This document shows positions 28,725 to 36,573 of a stretch of 64,000 nt of DNA, one piece after another. The translations under genes were made by a program, and so were the position numbers. Source of the DNA: Deltaproteobacteria bacterium (GTDB lineage: Bacteria > Myxococcota > Kuafuiibacteriia > Kuafuiibacteriales > Kuafuiibacteriaceae). The stretch lies in assembly GCA_040218735.1 (NCBI GenBank), contig JAVJQW010000023.1, forward strand, positions 192,001 through 256,000, written 5' to 3'. A model generated the notes under the pieces. That model made no database searches. It was given only the letters and a program-made list of their open reading frames with translations, and was not told where the DNA came from. Within the stretch, counting starts at the first letter, position 1; every line of letters starts with the position of its first letter.

Positions 28725-29459
28725 CTACGGCGGAGGCAGGCGAAAGTCTATTGCAAGCGCTTCGCAGACCTCGTTCAGCGCTTCCTCGGCGGGCTTCCAT
28801 CCGCCGCAGCAGTCCGGACTCATTGCGATCGTCAGTGCGATGCATCGCGTAGAATCGACGAGGCGACGAAGTTGTTCTGCGAGAGTCTCGACGGCCTTCC
28901 TGTGCCAGAAGCGGGGATTGGAGTCGGCGGAATCCTGAAAGAAGAAGAGGTCGAGATCGAGGTTCACGATGAAGTCGCCGTGCTGAAGAACGCAGTAGCC
29001 CATCAGGTCGGGTACTTTCCATAGATCGATTTCGACGACGTCTACCTCAGGGAGGTCTTCCTTTCGGATGCTCCCGCACTTCTGCGTCACAAAGACGAGA
29101 TTCTCCACGGTGTCTTCGTACTCATGGAGGTAGAGCGGCAGGTAGTTGTCCCAGCGTAGCACGCGACCGGAGCGTGGGTCCTCATTAGGAATGACCGAGT
29201 CGAGGAAGAACTGAATATCGCCAGTCCAGCGCCCCTTCAAGGCTGGCGACCACTCCGCGATTCGCGAACTGAGCATGTCGTAGTGCGCATCAAGGTGGAG
29301 AATGGAATGTGAGCCTCGCGTGTGTCGGGCCCAGCACCATGCAGCGGCCTGATGGTTGTCCATGATGTAGCGATTGCCATCGCTCCATAAGAAGCACTGC
29401 TTGTTCACGCCTGATTCACCCCGACCAAGAAAGGGGATATGCCACGTCGGTTGAGCCAT
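28725..29459 (-). CDS. Cassette gene: UPF0489-family protein (arginase/deacetylase-like metal-binding fold)
   Basis: YIMDNH, ILHLDAHYD, DNYL, LDLDLF and TIAMSP motifs; the track's GTG start at 29510 lies inside attC, so ATG 29459 is preferred. Confidence 0.75.
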   Translation of the reverse strand: MAQPTWHIPFLGRGESGVNKQCFLWSDGNRYIMDNHQAAAWCWARHTRGSHSILHLDAHYDMLSSRIAEWSPALKGRWTGDIQFFLDSVIPNEDPRSGRVLRWDNYLPLYLHEYEDTVENLVFVTQKCGSIRKEDLPEVDVVEIDLWKVPDLMGYCVLQHGDFIVNLDLDLFFFQDSADSNPRFWHRKAVETLAEQLRRLVDSTRCIALTIAMSPDCCGGWKPAEEALNEVCEALAIDFRLPPP

Positions 29460-29497
29460 CTCGCTTGCTTTGAAGAGGATAGCACGGGCTTCGGTCG

Positions 29498-29558
29498 GCC
29501 CAACGCTCACGCTAAGCTGCGGGGCGAAGCCCCGTCAGTCTTGAGCGTGTTGTTGGGC
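29498..29558 (-). repeat. attC site (61 bp, canonical)
   Basis: Minus strand: GCCCAAC AACAC GCTCAAGA CTGACGGGGCTTCGCCCCGCA GCTTAGC GTGAGC GTTGGGC. Confidence 0.93.
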
Positions 29559-29603
29559 GGCACGGCGCATCGTTCATACGGGAAGTCGCTCGTTGGTTCG
29601 GAG

Positions 29604-30338
29604 CTAGTCGTCATCCGGAAAGATCCGCATTGCTGGCCCGCCATCGAGCCAGGTTCGTTCCAGTCGACAGAGGCGACCGACTGCGGCTTGGCGCCGAAGG
29701 AGGTGCTCTGCTTCCTTCCCGGAGAGGTCGGACCAGTCGTGTCTCACAAGTTTTCCGCTAACATTCTCGTCAAGCCATCGACGGAGTTCGAGCACCAGCG
29801 GTTCTGGGGCAACCCGGGTCGGTTGGCCACGCTCCAGGACGAACTCGATAAGCCAACGGCTCGGCGGGGGGACCCGTGTCTCACCATCGTGGTTTCGGAG
29901 GTCGCCTAGATTGGCATCACCGACTCGGACGGTGGCACTCTCAAGTGAGTCTGAGGCGTGCGCCAACTCGAACACGAATTGGGCAGGAACCCGCCACATG
30001 CGTCTCTCGTCAGCGCACCAAATCGCTCCCGTCGCGAGAACACTTCGGTCGCCGACTAACTCGAAGTGTTCGATCTCGAGTCCATCCTGCCAGTAGCCAG
30101 TAGTCTCTTCGTGGTCACGCCAATGGAGCCAGAGTAGTCGCAAGATCTCCGGCCTAAGCAGCGACGTGTCGGCCGGACTAACGTCGTTTCGGAACTGCCG
30201 CCAAACGGCTACGACCTGCGCTTCAAGTTGCGCAAAGTACTCTGGGTCGGCGTAGATCATCGCTGTACTTGTCCGCCCAACGCTACATGTTCGGCCTTGG
30301 AGATCCTCAGGCGTACCCGAGATATCACCGTCGGACAT
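29604..30338 (-). CDS. Cassette gene: hypothetical protein
   Basis: 244-aa ORF with lower GC, followed by the canonical attC. Confidence 0.6.
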   Translation of the reverse strand: MSDGDISGTPEDLQGRTCSVGRTSTAMIYADPEYFAQLEAQVVAVWRQFRNDVSPADTSLLRPEILRLLWLHWRDHEETTGYWQDGLEIEHFELVGDRSVLATGAIWCADERRMWRVPAQFVFELAHASDSLESATVRVGDANLGDLRNHDGETRVPPPSRWLIEFVLERGQPTRVAPEPLVLELRRWLDENVSGKLVRHDWSDLSGKEAEHLLRRQAAVGRLCRLERTWLDGGPAMRIFPDDD

Positions 30339-30399
30339 AACGCGTTCTGCGCCCGCGCCACCACCCCACGCGCATCACCACCAACCTCACGCCACCGAC

Positions 30400-31374
30400 T
30401 CAGCAGCACCCGCCCCCACCATAGAAATAAGTACTCCCAGTCACGAACAGATCCCCCCGCCCCAGCGCCTCCAGCGCCCCGGCGGTCTTGTCACACACGT
30501 TCAGCGGCATGTCGCGCACCAGCGTATGCCCCTTCCCGTCGTCGAAGACCTCATCCTTCCCGAAGTAAGTCGCCGTCCGCCCCGTGAAAATACAAGCCCC
30601 GTCCTCCGGTACCGGGTCCTTGATCGCGCAAACCTCGATGCTCTCCAGCAACAAGTGCGCGTCCAACCCATACCGCTCCTTGTCCAGCAAGCGATAAGGC
30701 ACCTTCGACCGGAGCTCGATCGTTCCGAACCCAGCCTTCACCATCGTCGCCAGGTACTCATCCAGGGTCACCGCGCCCGAGATGCACTCCGCGCGGAGGC
30801 GGTCGTCGGCTGCGAGGTGGTCCGGCATCGGGCGCGTCGCGACCGGGTCCGACATGATGAGTCGGCCGTGCGGCTTCAGGACGCGGTGCATCTCCGTGAG
30901 CGCCTTCAGGAGGTGCTCGCGCGTGAAGATGTTGAAGAGGCAGTTCTGCGCCGCCGTGTCGACCGAGCCCGACTCGATCGGCAGGTCCAGCGCGTTGCCG
31001 CGGCGAATGTCGACGAACTCAGGTGAGAACCAATCGTTCTCCAGCGCCGCCACCTCCAAGTTCGCACGCGCCTTGTCCATCATCTCGTCCACGGTATCCA
31101 CCGCGATGACACTCGACGGGCGACGCGTGAAGTACGCGAACTGAAGCGCCTCCATCCCGCCGCCGACGCCGACGTACAGGACCGTCTGCTCCGGACCCAG
31201 GTCCTTCGCGTTCACCGTGGTGCCGCAGCCGTAGTTCATCTCGAGCATCTGCGTCGGGATGTTCAGGCCCGGCATGCGCCAGACCGGGGAGGTCGTGCAG
31301 CACAGCTTGGACATCGGCGCCTCGGCGGCCTCGCGGTAGAGGTCGTCGACAGCCGACAGATAATTTTCGTTCAT
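30400..31374 (-). CDS. arsM: Arsenite methyltransferase (type associated with arsenosugar biosynthesis)
   Basis: N-terminal LCC, NYGCG, SAM motif LYVGVGGG, QNCLFN, ECISGA and C-terminal GGGCC. Confidence 0.8.
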   Translation of the reverse strand: MNENYLSAVDDLYREAAEAPMSKLCCTTSPVWRMPGLNIPTQMLEMNYGCGTTVNAKDLGPEQTVLYVGVGGGMEALQFAYFTRRPSSVIAVDTVDEMMDKARANLEVAALENDWFSPEFVDIRRGNALDLPIESGSVDTAAQNCLFNIFTREHLLKALTEMHRVLKPHGRLIMSDPVATRPMPDHLAADDRLRAECISGAVTLDEYLATMVKAGFGTIELRSKVPYRLLDKERYGLDAHLLLESIEVCAIKDPVPEDGACIFTGRTATYFGKDEVFDDGKGHTLVRDMPLNVCDKTAGALEALGRGDLFVTGSTYFYGGGGCC

Positions 31375-31383
31375 GAGATCTCC

Positions 31384-32085
31384 TCAGTTGTCGGAACCGC
31401 CGCCGCCCGCGACTTCTCCGGCAAACTTTCGGGACAACAGGATCTCGCGGCCACGCATTTCCACGAAACCACGCTTCTGGAACTCGGACAGGACTCGACT
31501 CACCGTCTCACGGCTCGTCCCGATCATCGAAGCGATGTCCTGCTGCGTCGGACGCTCGCGGATGAGGATGCCCTCCTCCACCTCTTCGCCGTCCTTCTTC
31601 GCCAGGTCGATCATGATGTGCGCCACGCGCCCATACACGTCCAACGTCGCCAGGTTCCCGATGATCTCGTCCGCGCGACGCAGACGCCGCGACAGCTCGG
31701 CCATCACGTTCAACGCCGTCGCCGGACTCACCTTGATGTGCGCCGCGAACTGCTCACGCTTCAGGATGAGGACCGTCGAGTCCTCCAGCGCAATCACGTT
31801 CGCCGAACGCGGCAGGTCGTCCAACAACGACATCTCGCCGAAGAACTCACCCGCCTTCAACAGACCCAGGATCACCTCCCGACCGTTGTCGCCGTAGATC
31901 GAGACCTTCACCCGGCCCTTCGCGATGATGAACAGCGCGTCACCCGGCTCGTCCTGCGTGACGATGTGCGCGTCCTTCGTGACGTCGCGCGTCGACAAGA
32001 TGCCGGCGATCCGGCTCAGCTCTTCGGCCTCGACCTCGTGGAAGAGGGACACCTTTTGCAGCAACTCGGTGTGATCGTTGGACAT
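31384..32085 (-). CDS. Crp/Fnr family transcriptional regulator
   Basis: cNMP domain (FFGEMSLL, PRSA) and HTH (TQQDIASMIGTSRETVSR). Confidence 0.95.
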   Translation of the reverse strand: MSNDHTELLQKVSLFHEVEAEELSRIAGILSTRDVTKDAHIVTQDEPGDALFIIAKGRVKVSIYGDNGREVILGLLKAGEFFGEMSLLDDLPRSANVIALEDSTVLILKREQFAAHIKVSPATALNVMAELSRRLRRADEIIGNLATLDVYGRVAHIMIDLAKKDGEEVEEGILIRERPTQQDIASMIGTSRETVSRVLSEFQKRGFVEMRGREILLSRKFAGEVAGGGGSDN

Positions 32086-32120
32086 GTCAGCGCGGGTTAT
32101 CCCAAGAGCCGACGGCCCCG

Positions 32121-33284
32121 TCAACGCCGGTGGGCGTAGTAGCGCTTCATCGTGTGGCGGAAGTCGCGCAAGGCCCCGGTGTCCTCGTGCGCCTCCTCCA
32201 AATCCGCGAACTCCTCCAACAACGCCCGCATCCGATCCGTCATCGCCTCCGGCGTCTGGACGACCAACCGAACCCGCTGATCCCCCGCCCCTCGACCGTC
32301 CGGACGCGGCAACCCCTTGCCCTGCAACCGAAACACCCGACCGTTCTGCGACCCCTCGGGCACCCGCATCCGCATCGGACCGTCCAACGTCGGGATCTCG
32401 ATCGGACCCCCGAGCGCCGCCGTCGTCATCGACACCGGCACCTCCACCAACAGGTCCGCCCCATCACGCTCGAAGAACGGGTGCGGCCGCACCGTCACCA
32501 CCACGATCAGATCACCCGTCGATCCGCCGCCACCACCGGAGCGCCCCATCCCCCGGAGCCGCAACCGCGTCCCCGTCGTAACGCCCGCCGGCACGTCGAC
32601 CGTCACCGGCCGATCCACCTCCTCGACACCCGACCCCTCACACACGTCACACGCGTGCGCCGCGAGCTTGCCCGCACCATCGCAGTCGGGACACCGCCGC
32701 GTCGTGTCGAAGAAACCTTGCTGCTCGCGCACCGCCCCTCGACCACCGCACCGCTGACACAACACCGGCGCGCTCCCCGGCGCCGCACCGGTTCCACGAC
32801 ACGTCCGACACGACGCCTCACCCGGCACGTACACCACGTGCTCCGTGCCCTGCACCGCCTCCTCGAAGTCGATCTCGAGGTCGTACTTGAGATCGTCACC
32901 ACGCTCCCGCGGCTCCGACCGCGGACGCGGCTGCACCCGCTCGCGCCGCTGACGCTGCTGATTCTTCTCCTTCCGCTGCTTCGCGCGCGACGTGCCGAAC
33001 AACTCATCGAGCACGTCACCCGTCGCCTCCGTCTTCGCCTGCGGAATGCCGTGACCGCCGCCGCCGACCTCAGCCTGCCGATACGCGTCGTACTGCGCGC
33101 GCAGGTCCACGTCGCCCAAGACGCGGTAGGCCTCGGCGGCGTCCTTGAACTTGTCGGTCGCCGTCTCGTCGCCGGGGTTGCGGTCGGGGTGGTACTTCCG
33201 GGCGAGCCCGCGGTACGCCTGTTTGATCTCGGCGGGGCTCGCGTCGGTGCCGACGCCGAGGATCGCGTAGAAGTCGTCGCTCAT
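32121..33284 (-). CDS. dnaJ: DnaJ chaperone
   Basis: J domain with HPD, four CxxCxGxG zinc-finger repeats, C-terminal substrate-binding domain. Confidence 0.93.
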   Translation of the reverse strand: MSDDFYAILGVGTDASPAEIKQAYRGLARKYHPDRNPGDETATDKFKDAAEAYRVLGDVDLRAQYDAYRQAEVGGGGHGIPQAKTEATGDVLDELFGTSRAKQRKEKNQQRQRRERVQPRPRSEPRERGDDLKYDLEIDFEEAVQGTEHVVYVPGEASCRTCRGTGAAPGSAPVLCQRCGGRGAVREQQGFFDTTRRCPDCDGAGKLAAHACDVCEGSGVEEVDRPVTVDVPAGVTTGTRLRLRGMGRSGGGGGSTGDLIVVVTVRPHPFFERDGADLLVEVPVSMTTAALGGPIEIPTLDGPMRMRVPEGSQNGRVFRLQGKGLPRPDGRGAGDQRVRLVVQTPEAMTDRMRALLEEFADLEEAHEDTGALRDFRHTMKRYYAHRR

Positions 33285-33301
33285 CGACAGGAGCCGAAAG
33301 G

Positions 33302-34051
33302 CTACACCTCTTCCGTCGCGAATCGTACCGGCTCCGCCGACATCGCGGGGAGCTCCACGCCCGCCCGCTCCAACAGCTGCGGCGCCGCCCGCACGGAGAG
33401 TGTGTACCAGGTCGCCCGCAGGCGCGCCGTGTCTTCGGGGTCGAGCGTCGACAACGTCCCCGCCCGGCGCTTGCGCGCGACGAGGTCGTACGTGCAGATC
33501 GCCGCCGCCACCGAGATGTTGAGGCTCTCCACGAACCCCGTCATCGGGATCTTGAAGAGCCCGTCCGCCGCCTCCGCCGCCTCCCGCGTCAGCCCCGCGT
33601 GTTCGTTGCCGAAGACCAGCGCCACCTTGCGGTCGGTCGGGATCTCTTCGAGCGGCACCGTGTCGCCGTGGATGTCCGAAGCCCACACGGAGAACCCACG
33701 ATCGCGGAGCGAACCGTACGCGACGGTCGGCGACGGGTGACGCTTCAGGTCGATCCACTTGTGCGACCCGATGCTCACCTTCCGCGACAACTTGAACTCC
33801 GACTCGCGCGGGACGACGTGCACCTCGAGCACACCGAACGCCTCCGCGGTGCGCAGGACCGCCGAAGCGTTGTGCTCACTCGCGACGTCCTCCAACACGA
33901 GCGCCACGTCGCGCGTCCGCGAAGCGAGCGCCTCCTCGATGCGCTCCTTGCGCGTCGCCGTGAGGTAACCGTCGAGCGTGGAGACGATTTGATCCGCCTC
34001 CTCGATCGTGAGGTCGGCGTACGTCTTCACGAGCTGCTTCGGCGTGGCCAT
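33302..34051 (-). CDS. trmH: SPOUT RNA methyltransferase, TrmH family
   Basis: HNASAVLRTAEAFG, VFGNEHAG and IPMTGFVESLNISVA motifs. Confidence 0.85.
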   Translation of the reverse strand: MATPKQLVKTYADLTIEEADQIVSTLDGYLTATRKERIEEALASRTRDVALVLEDVASEHNASAVLRTAEAFGVLEVHVVPRESEFKLSRKVSIGSHKWIDLKRHPSPTVAYGSLRDRGFSVWASDIHGDTVPLEEIPTDRKVALVFGNEHAGLTREAAEAADGLFKIPMTGFVESLNISVAAAICTYDLVARKRRAGTLSTLDPEDTARLRATWYTLSVRAAPQLLERAGVELPAMSAEPVRFATEEV

Positions 34052-34506
34052 CAGGCGAACAACACGTACCGGAAGATCACGAGGAACAGGACCGTGGCGT
34101 ACAGACCGAGGTTCACGACGTCGAGCGTTCGCGCCTTCTTCCGCAGGGCATCGTCCGGCTCACGCCCGAGACGAATCAGGTTGAACATCCTGAGGTGCGC
34201 GACGACCAGCGCGCCGACGACGAACAACAGCTTGATGTGCAGCCAAGGACCGGCGCCGCTCGCCGCCGGGTCGAGCACGTGCGGCAACATCACGATCAAC
34301 GCGATGCCCCCGAGGAGCGCGAGGAACGCGGCGGGCAGCTCGACCGCCGTGACGATCGCCGCCGCGGCCCGGTCGACGCCGGCCCGGTGCGCGGCCTCCT
34401 CGACCGACTGTCGCATCACGACCAGACCGGCGACACACGCGCCGATGGCCACCGTGAACCCGACGAAGTGCACGAGGCGCGCGAGAACGAATCCCCAGGA
34501 CGTCAT
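34051..34506 (-). CDS. Four-TM membrane protein (DUF2269/CopD/HemJ-like)
   Basis: Four hydrophobic helices, RLVH and WLHIKL motifs. Confidence 0.65.
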   Translation of the reverse strand: MTSWGFVLARLVHFVGFTVAIGACVAGLVVMRQSVEEAAHRAGVDRAAAAIVTAVELPAAFLALLGGIALIVMLPHVLDPAASGAGPWLHIKLLFVVGALVVAHLRMFNLIRLGREPDDALRKKARTLDVVNLGLYATVLFLVIFRYVLFA

Positions 34507-34638
34507 GGTTGGGCGGAGGTATGCCCGTTGTGGGGGTCCGAGGCCAGCCCTTGTCGGGGGATGTAGGGGTGTGACGCTCGCCCCCCATCGACATCGGGAG
34601 GACGAAACGCCCGCCTCACATCCCGCAGAGTAGAGATC

Positions 34639-35244
34639 GTGGCTGGTTCCATCTTCTCGACCCTTCATCGCCTCGCGCTGGGCCTCGGCCTCCTCGCGGG
34701 CCTCGGGCTCGTGGCCCCGGAGATCGCCTTCGCGGACCGCCCGACGGCGGGGCAGTGCAAGCGCAAGAAGCAGAAGAAGCGCAGGAAGGCGCGCCGAGCC
34801 CGCCGCGCACGCGCGCGCCGCGCGAAGGCGTTCAACGCCCGCACCATCAAGAAGCTCCAGCGCAAGGGCTACACCAACGACGAAATCGTCGAGAAGGCGC
34901 GCGCGGCGAACTACGTCGTGACGAAGAAGCAGAAGCGCCGCCTGAAGAAGATGCGCGTGCGCCGCTCGCTCATCGCCGCCCTCGCGACCCCCGCGCCCGC
35001 GAAGGCCGTCGCGCCTGCGAAGCCGCAGCCGATCGACCTCGACCGGACGATCGATCCGAACGAGATCGACTTCGACAGCGTCCCGCCGCCGGACGGCATG
35101 CCGACCGGCTACGCGGTGAAGCCGAAGCCCGCCGAGAAGAAGAAGCTCGACACTTCGCTGCGCCCGTCGGCGCCCTTCGTTCCGAAGAAGGCGGCGACGC
35201 AGGAGAAGAAACCCATCCGCAAGGTCCTCACGGCGTCGAACTGA
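34639..35244 (+). CDS. Hypothetical secreted, extremely Lys/Arg-rich protein
   Basis: Signal peptide followed by a polybasic tract; good GC3 codon pattern. Confidence 0.6.
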   Translation: MAGSIFSTLHRLALGLGLLAGLGLVAPEIAFADRPTAGQCKRKKQKKRRKARRARRARARRAKAFNARTIKKLQRKGYTNDEIVEKARAANYVVTKKQKRRLKKMRVRRSLIAALATPAPAKAVAPAKPQPIDLDRTIDPNEIDFDSVPPPDGMPTGYAVKPKPAEKKKLDTSLRPSAPFVPKKAATQEKKPIRKVLTASN

Positions 35245-35321
35245 CCGCGTCGAACTGAGCAGGGACGGGTCACGACCGCGGCGGAACCCACCGCGGCCGT
35301 CGAGCCCATCGATCGCGCAGA

Positions 35322-35948
35322 TCAGCCCCGCGCTTTCTCCGCCGCCTTGCGAACGCCGGGCGGGAGCTTCCGCTTCGGCATCTTCGAGGGCGTCCCGCAC
35401 GGCTCCAACGAGACGTGCGCCGCCACGCGCAGCCGCTCGCCTCCGTCGGCTTCGACGATCTCCATGCTCACGACGTCGACCGCGCCGACGAGGAGCGTCA
35501 CGTCGTCGGGGCACGTGTTCGCGCGCGTGATGAGCTCCATGAGCGCTGCGGTGCGCGCGCGGTTGTAGGGCTTCGGTCCGCGCGGGACGGACGCCTCCGC
35601 GATCTCGGGTGCGCCGAGCGCGCGACGCCGTTCGTCGACGGCGGCGGGGACGACTTGGTCGAGCTCCGCCCGGTACACCCGGTCCGAGACCTGCGTGATG
35701 CGAAGGTCCTCGCCCTCCGCGGCGGGTGGGCGCATGTCGATCGCCCGCCGTTCACCCTCGGTCTCGAGCTCGAAATCGACGGTGCTCGTGAGGAAACCCG
35801 CCGCGACGCGCGCTTCGAGCTCGGCCTGTTTGCTCCCCATCAACGAGCCGACGCCATAGCCGTGGGCGGTCACGACGCGACCCTCGGTCGCACAGCCCAC
35901 CGCCGCGAAGGCGAACGTCGAGAGGAGCATGAACGGTGTTGTCTTCAT
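35322..35948 (-). CDS. Hypothetical lipoprotein
   Basis: Lipobox AVGC. Confidence 0.65.
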   Translation of the reverse strand: MKTTPFMLLSTFAFAAVGCATEGRVVTAHGYGVGSLMGSKQAELEARVAAGFLTSTVDFELETEGERRAIDMRPPAAEGEDLRITQVSDRVYRAELDQVVPAAVDERRRALGAPEIAEASVPRGPKPYNRARTAALMELITRANTCPDDVTLLVGAVDVVSMEIVEADGGERLRVAAHVSLEPCGTPSKMPKRKLPPGVRKAAEKARG

Positions 35949-36124
35949 GCACGTTCGTACTGACCTGGATTCGAGCGTGGCGATCGGTGGTCGCCCCCAC
36001 GATCTGAGCGCTCCTTAACGCCCACTGGGGCTGTCCCACCTATCGGCACACAGCCTGGCCGCGGTCGACGACCACAGGATTCGCGCTTGATCGCAGCGGC
36101 GAGTTCGACGACACCTCATGCGCG

Positions 36125-36478
36125 ATGACGACGCAGCCCTCGCGGACCCTCGACACCTTCGACAACCCGACGCCCGGGCGCGACTACGAGATCGCCTTCG
36201 ACTGCCCGGAGTTCACGTGTGTCTGCCCGATGACCGGGCAACCCGACTTCGCGCGGATCCGCATCCACTACACCCCTGACCAGCGGTGCGTGGAGCTCAA
36301 GTCGCTCAAGCTCTACCTGTGGTCGTTCCGGGAGGAGGGTCACTTTCACGAGGCCGTGACGAACCAGATCCTCGACGACCTCGTCGCCGTGCTCTCGCCG
36401 CGCAAGATGACGGTCGTCGGGGAGTTCAACGTCCGCGGCGGCATCGCGACGACGGTCACCGCGACGCACGAGGCCTGA
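36125..36478 (+). CDS. queF: NADPH-dependent 7-cyano-7-deazaguanine (preQ0) reductase
   Basis: [26 protein letters not shown] and FHE motifs. Confidence 0.95.
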   Translation: MTTQPSRTLDTFDNPTPGRDYEIAFDCPEFTCVCPMTGQPDFARIRIHYTPDQRCVELKSLKLYLWSFREEGHFHEAVTNQILDDLVAVLSPRKMTVVGEFNVRGGIATTVTATHEA

Positions 36479-36573
36479 CCGCGCCTGTATTCGTCGGGTC
36501 TACCTCCATACCCGACCTCCCACTCCCGGCCGCTTCCGAACCGCCTGGTTCTTGCTAACGTGGAGGACGGAGC

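Larger units (their letters stand above)
24146..30338 (-). mobile_element. Integron gene-cassette array without integrase (CALIN)
   Basis: Co-oriented, lower-GC genes separated by at least five attC sites with R''-L''...L'-R' architecture; no intI in the window. Confidence 0.85.

Noticed and set aside
24854-29558. Recurring ~60-bp palindromic repeats considered as a CRISPR array or REP elements
   Set aside because: They are separated by whole genes, have attC R/L box architecture, and there are no cas genes.
30339-30400. Possible attI site or integrase at the head of the array
   Set aside because: No tyrosine recombinase ORF; GTTATGT at the gene start does not fit GTTRRRY or complement the cassette's R'' (GCCCAAC).
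35950-36124. preQ1 riboswitch upstream of queF
   Set aside because: No recognisable preQ1 stem-loop with an A-rich tail.
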